Shown one piece after another: positions 60,666 to 64,000 of a stretch of 64,000 nucleotides of DNA. Positions within the stretch are counted from its first letter, which is position 1, and each line of letters opens with the position of its first letter. The DNA is from an uncultured cyanobacterium (lineage in GTDB: Bacteria; Cyanobacteriota; Cyanobacteriia; Phormidesmidales; Phormidesmidaceae). The notes beneath the pieces were generated by a model. That model made no database searches, had not been told where the DNA came from, and saw only the letters and a program-made list of their open reading frames with translations. Where the stretch lies: assembly GCA_963793265.1 (NCBI GenBank), contig CAWBZI010000006.1, positions 224,001-288,000 of the forward strand, read 5' to 3'. A program made the translations under genes and the position numbers.

Positions 60666-61652
60666 ATGCCAGCTTCTCCTGTTCTTACCTTTCGCTTTCA
60701 ACCCCACTCTCATAGCTGGGTAGCCCTACACCCTCAGCCCAAAGGTGTTATTCAATTTATTGGTGGAGCCTTTTTTGGCACCTATCCAACCTTGTTCTAT
60801 CGCCGGTTACTCAGGCACTTTTATCATTCTGGCTACACCGTTGTTGCCCTCCCCTTTCGCTTTACCTTTAGCCACTGGTCTATCGCGCTCAACTTGCTTG
60901 AAGAACACTATGCCATCCGCAAGTCAATGATTGAAGCGGCGGGCCGTCTGCCAAACTACCAAACAGATGTTTACTTAGACGCTGCTAATTATTACTGGGT
61001 GGGCCATAGCTTAGGCTGCAAATATATTGCGCTGCTAGAGCTGTTGAGCAATCCACAGGAAATCTTTTCGGACTACTGCGATGATATTGGCATTGACGCT
61101 GAGCAGTGGAAGATGATTGAGCGATCGCTTCAACAGCTAAGCACAACCCTGCGCCACTTAGAAACCGACGTTCATAAAATGACTGGAAAGTCCGTCAACT
61201 ACGGCCAACCTTCCATCTGGCATGAAGTGTCTTTACTACTCGCCCCTGCCATCACAGATTTAGACGGCGCGATTCCGCTCAAATCCCTAGAGCGTCTTTT
61301 TAGCAAAGTGCTTGCCGTCTGTCCAACCGTAGCGCAAACACACGAACTCATTGGGCGTAGCGAGCTTTTTAACCTGACGCACCTGATTCAATTTTCAGAC
61401 GATGCGATCGCCCGCCCCACCTGCCAAAAGCTCATTCAAGAACAGCCTAACATCACCCACGCTTCGCTCCTGGGCAAGCACTTAGCCCCGCTAGGCTGGA
61501 AAAACGAACCTGCAAACTTGCTTGAAACCATCGCAACGGCCCAACTGACGAGACTACGGCTCTCCTTGCAAAAAGAAGCGTCTGTTGTGACAAGAGAACT
61601 ATCAAAAGAATCCATAAGAAAAGAGAGCATGGCCGCAACTACGCTCTCTTGA
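60666..61652 (+). CDS. DUF1350 family alpha/beta hydrolase
   Basis: PKGVIQFIGGAFFG, WVGHSLGCK. Confidence 0.85.
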   Translation: MPASPVLTFRFQPHSHSWVALHPQPKGVIQFIGGAFFGTYPTLFYRRLLRHFYHSGYTVVALPFRFTFSHWSIALNLLEEHYAIRKSMIEAAGRLPNYQTDVYLDAANYYWVGHSLGCKYIALLELLSNPQEIFSDYCDDIGIDAEQWKMIERSLQQLSTTLRHLETDVHKMTGKSVNYGQPSIWHEVSLLLAPAITDLDGAIPLKSLERLFSKVLAVCPTVAQTHELIGRSELFNLTHLIQFSDDAIARPTCQKLIQEQPNITHASLLGKHLAPLGWKNEPANLLETIATAQLTRLRLSLQKEASVVTRELSKESIRKESMAATTLS

Positions 61653-61679
61653 TGGATCTTCAGAACAACCACAGGTGGC

Positions 61680-62156
61680 TTAAGTCGCTTTTATCAGCAC
61701 TAAGTCACCTTCAACTTTCGCCTCATAAGTACCTAGCGCCTCAGTCGCAGGCCCCTCAATCACCGCACCATCGGCACTAAACTTGGAGCCATGGCAAGGA
61801 CAGGCAAACTCACCCTCTGCCCACGCCACGCTACAGCCTTGATGAGTACACATAGAATCTAATGCAATCACGCCCTCTGCATTGGCCGGATCGCGAATAG
61901 CCACCACTGGCCCAGCAATAAAGCTTTTGGACGAAAGCGAACCCTCAGCATCTAGCTCAGCAACAGTGCCGAGTGCGGCAAATCCATCGTCACGAATGCT
62001 GCTATCAACTTCTTCAGCGGCGGGCGCTGTGTCCAAGTCCGCGTCAACCGCAGGGGCTTCCGCCGTTTCAGAAGATCCGCAGGCAGCTAAGGCCACTGGC
62101 AGAGAAGTTGCAACCAGTCCTAGCCCAACAAAGTTTAAAAAGTCTCGACGTTTCAT
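61680..62156 (-). CDS. Small Rieske [2Fe-2S] protein, Tat lipoprotein (PetC3-like)
   Basis: KRRDFL Tat motif, LAAC lipobox, CTHQGC and CPCHGS. Confidence 0.9.
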   Translation of the reverse strand: MKRRDFLNFVGLGLVATSLPVALAACGSSETAEAPAVDADLDTAPAAEEVDSSIRDDGFAALGTVAELDAEGSLSSKSFIAGPVVAIRDPANAEGVIALDSMCTHQGCSVAWAEGEFACPCHGSKFSADGAVIEGPATEALGTYEAKVEGDLVLIKAT

Positions 62157-62195
62157 CCTAGATTCACTCCTCTCAATTATTAGATGAATTTGGGC

Positions 62196-63911
62196 TTACG
62201 AATTTGAGCTAACAATTGCCTCGGGAACAGCCGCCTTTGCAAACCATCCCTTATAGCGCGCAGTCGCCGCTAAAACAAACAACAAATCGGCTCCGACGAC
62301 AGCCGCGATCGCCCACTCAGATCCGCCCGTGCCAAAGCCGTAGCTATGCAAGCCCGTACCTAGCACAAAGTTTACGCCATACCAGGCCATCAGCACCGCA
62401 TTAAAGGCCACAACGCTTGCCACGCTAATGCCAAAGTTGCCGATCCAGCCGACTAAACGACCGTGCAGCGGAACCAGATAACACAGCAGCGCAATCAAAG
62501 CCCATGTCTCTTTAGGATCCCAGCCCCAGAATCTTCCCCAAGAGAAGTGCGCCCAAATGCCGCCTAAAATAATGCCAGCGGTTAGCAGCAGTACGCCCAC
62601 TTGCAGCACGTTGTAGTTAAGCTGAGAGAGCAGTTGAATACGCGCCCTCGCCTGTGGAGAAAACAGATAGCTGCCGAGCGCAACGTGCCCGATCCCTAAC
62701 GCTAAAGCAAAACTTGCGTAGCTCAGCGCGATAGTCGGCACGTGAATGCTTAGCCAAAAGTTATCTCGCAAAACCGGGACTAACGGTGAAATGCTCGGGT
62801 CTAATACAGCCGGTAGGCTGTCTGCGAGAACTAGACACATCACCGACAGCGGGGCTGCTGCTAATAGATAGTATTTGGCGCGGTAGATGAGTTCAAAGGA
62901 AAGGGCGATCGCAGAAATTCCAAACCCAACCCAAACCACCGACTCGTACATATTTGTCACAGGCGGACGGCCCGCGACCTGCATTCGCAGCCAAAAGCCA
63001 TAGCTCTGCACGGCCACACCTGCCACAAATAAACCCATTGAGCCCCAGTAGAGTTCTAGCGGCTTTATCCACAGCGTCAGCAGCATTGCGACAAAGGCTA
63101 AAGCGTAGAGCTGCCAGGCTTTTGCAAAGGGATGGAAGTGATTGAAAAAGACTTCTTGCCGCATTGCGCCGCTCACCGGATACACGGTTGGGCTGAGCTG
63201 TCGCAGTCCGCTTTGCAATGATTCAGCCAGCGGGGTGAGCATCGGCAAATGATCGCTCCCTGAGAAGAAAGTTTGCTTCATGATCGTAAAGCTCGCGATG
63301 AGAGGAGAAATCGCTTCGGGGGCGTATAGCGACTGCGCTTCGCTAATGCCCATCCACTTTCCTTTAGGGTCGGTGGGGTGAGGAACGATAGCGATCGCAT
63401 TGTCGTCCACCATTTCTAGCATGAGCGTAAGGCGGTCTTCTAGTGCGATCGCCTCGCGCTCATCCCGGCTTATTTCTTCCTCGGCCAAATCTTTTCGGTG
63501 CGCTTCTCTGACCACTTCACCCAGCGCTTTATTGGTCATCAGCGTTTGAAAGGAGAAATACTTTTGGTCGGGATCTACGCCGATAATCTCCTTCAGCGGG
63601 CGATAGCTAAAGAGCACGAAATTCTCTTCATTCCAGTTGCGATTGTTTAGCCACAGCGATAAAAAAGTCTCCATAGAGCCCTCTTTTACACCATTGCGAT
63701 TATAGGTGGTCGCGCCGTGAATTTTAGCGACTGTCTCTTTAGCGATCGTATCCAGCGGCTTTTTGCGCCCGCCCTGCTGCACCACCATGGTTTCTAACGG
63801 TTCTAAAGGCGAGTGTTGAAACTGGGTAAGCGGAAGGGCAATCAGTAATAGACCCAAACAGAGGCCCACTAGGAACTTTATACTTTCAAACTTTGCAATT
63901 TTCATCAGCAT
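62196..63911 (-). CDS. ccsA: Cytochrome c biogenesis (System II) CcsA-type protein with long N-terminal soluble domain
   Basis: PVTNMYES, PVLRDNFWLSIHV, WAHFSWGRFWGWDPKETW, GLHSYG. Confidence 0.88.
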   Translation of the reverse strand: MLMKIAKFESIKFLVGLCLGLLLIALPLTQFQHSPLEPLETMVVQQGGRKKPLDTIAKETVAKIHGATTYNRNGVKEGSMETFLSLWLNNRNWNEENFVLFSYRPLKEIIGVDPDQKYFSFQTLMTNKALGEVVREAHRKDLAEEEISRDEREAIALEDRLTLMLEMVDDNAIAIVPHPTDPKGKWMGISEAQSLYAPEAISPLIASFTIMKQTFFSGSDHLPMLTPLAESLQSGLRQLSPTVYPVSGAMRQEVFFNHFHPFAKAWQLYALAFVAMLLTLWIKPLELYWGSMGLFVAGVAVQSYGFWLRMQVAGRPPVTNMYESVVWVGFGISAIALSFELIYRAKYYLLAAAPLSVMCLVLADSLPAVLDPSISPLVPVLRDNFWLSIHVPTIALSYASFALALGIGHVALGSYLFSPQARARIQLLSQLNYNVLQVGVLLLTAGIILGGIWAHFSWGRFWGWDPKETWALIALLCYLVPLHGRLVGWIGNFGISVASVVAFNAVLMAWYGVNFVLGTGLHSYGFGTGGSEWAIAAVVGADLLFVLAATARYKGWFAKAAVPEAIVSSNS

Positions 63912-64000
63912 CAACGACCCGAAAAGACGTTCAATAAAGGAATTTCAACTGGCACTTTTTCTACTTCTGCATCGGTAAGGACATCTGCTTCAGCACTGGC
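63911..64000 (-). CDS. 3' end of an upstream gene (partial), coupled to ccsA
   Basis: Open frame ASAEADVLTDAEVEKVPVEIPLLNVFSGR* whose TGA overlaps the ccsA ATG (TGATG). Confidence 0.6.
   Translation of the reverse strand, partial: ASAEADVLTDAEVEKVPVEIPLLNVFSGR

Overview
Chromosomal window from a cyanobacterium: the HIP1 octamer GCGATCGC recurs throughout, and por, psb32, a prk-like gene, bicA-mrp and OCP-related genes are present. A Leptolyngbyaceae/Phormidesmis-like host is only an impression. About 60 CDS; no rRNA, tRNA, CRISPR array or transposase was seen. Housekeeping genes (rlmN, purN, psb32, por, U32 hydroxylase, bicA-mrpCDEFG-DUF4040-B with NdhR/CcmR boxes) alternate with accessory loci. 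The most striking locus (13.9-20.6 kb) is an apparently all-exported module: DUF928 divergent from a 64-aa signal-peptide precursor ending in a disulfide-loop core (WCFRVPGYGWVCG, with its own RBS and terminator), followed by a filamentous-haemagglutinin-like protein and a TPR-CHAT caspase-like protease. This is a candidate peptide/protease signalling system. Other notable items: a DUF4347/3x C-type lectin/Calx-beta/PQQ-dehydrogenase protein, two apparent single-base frameshifts, a possibly internally deleted nuclease beside a TA pair, a CTDH plus divergent HCP pair, an oversized CcsA with a Tat-lipoprotein Rieske, and several non-coding palindromic elements. All family calls are from recognising motifs by eye; no searches were run.
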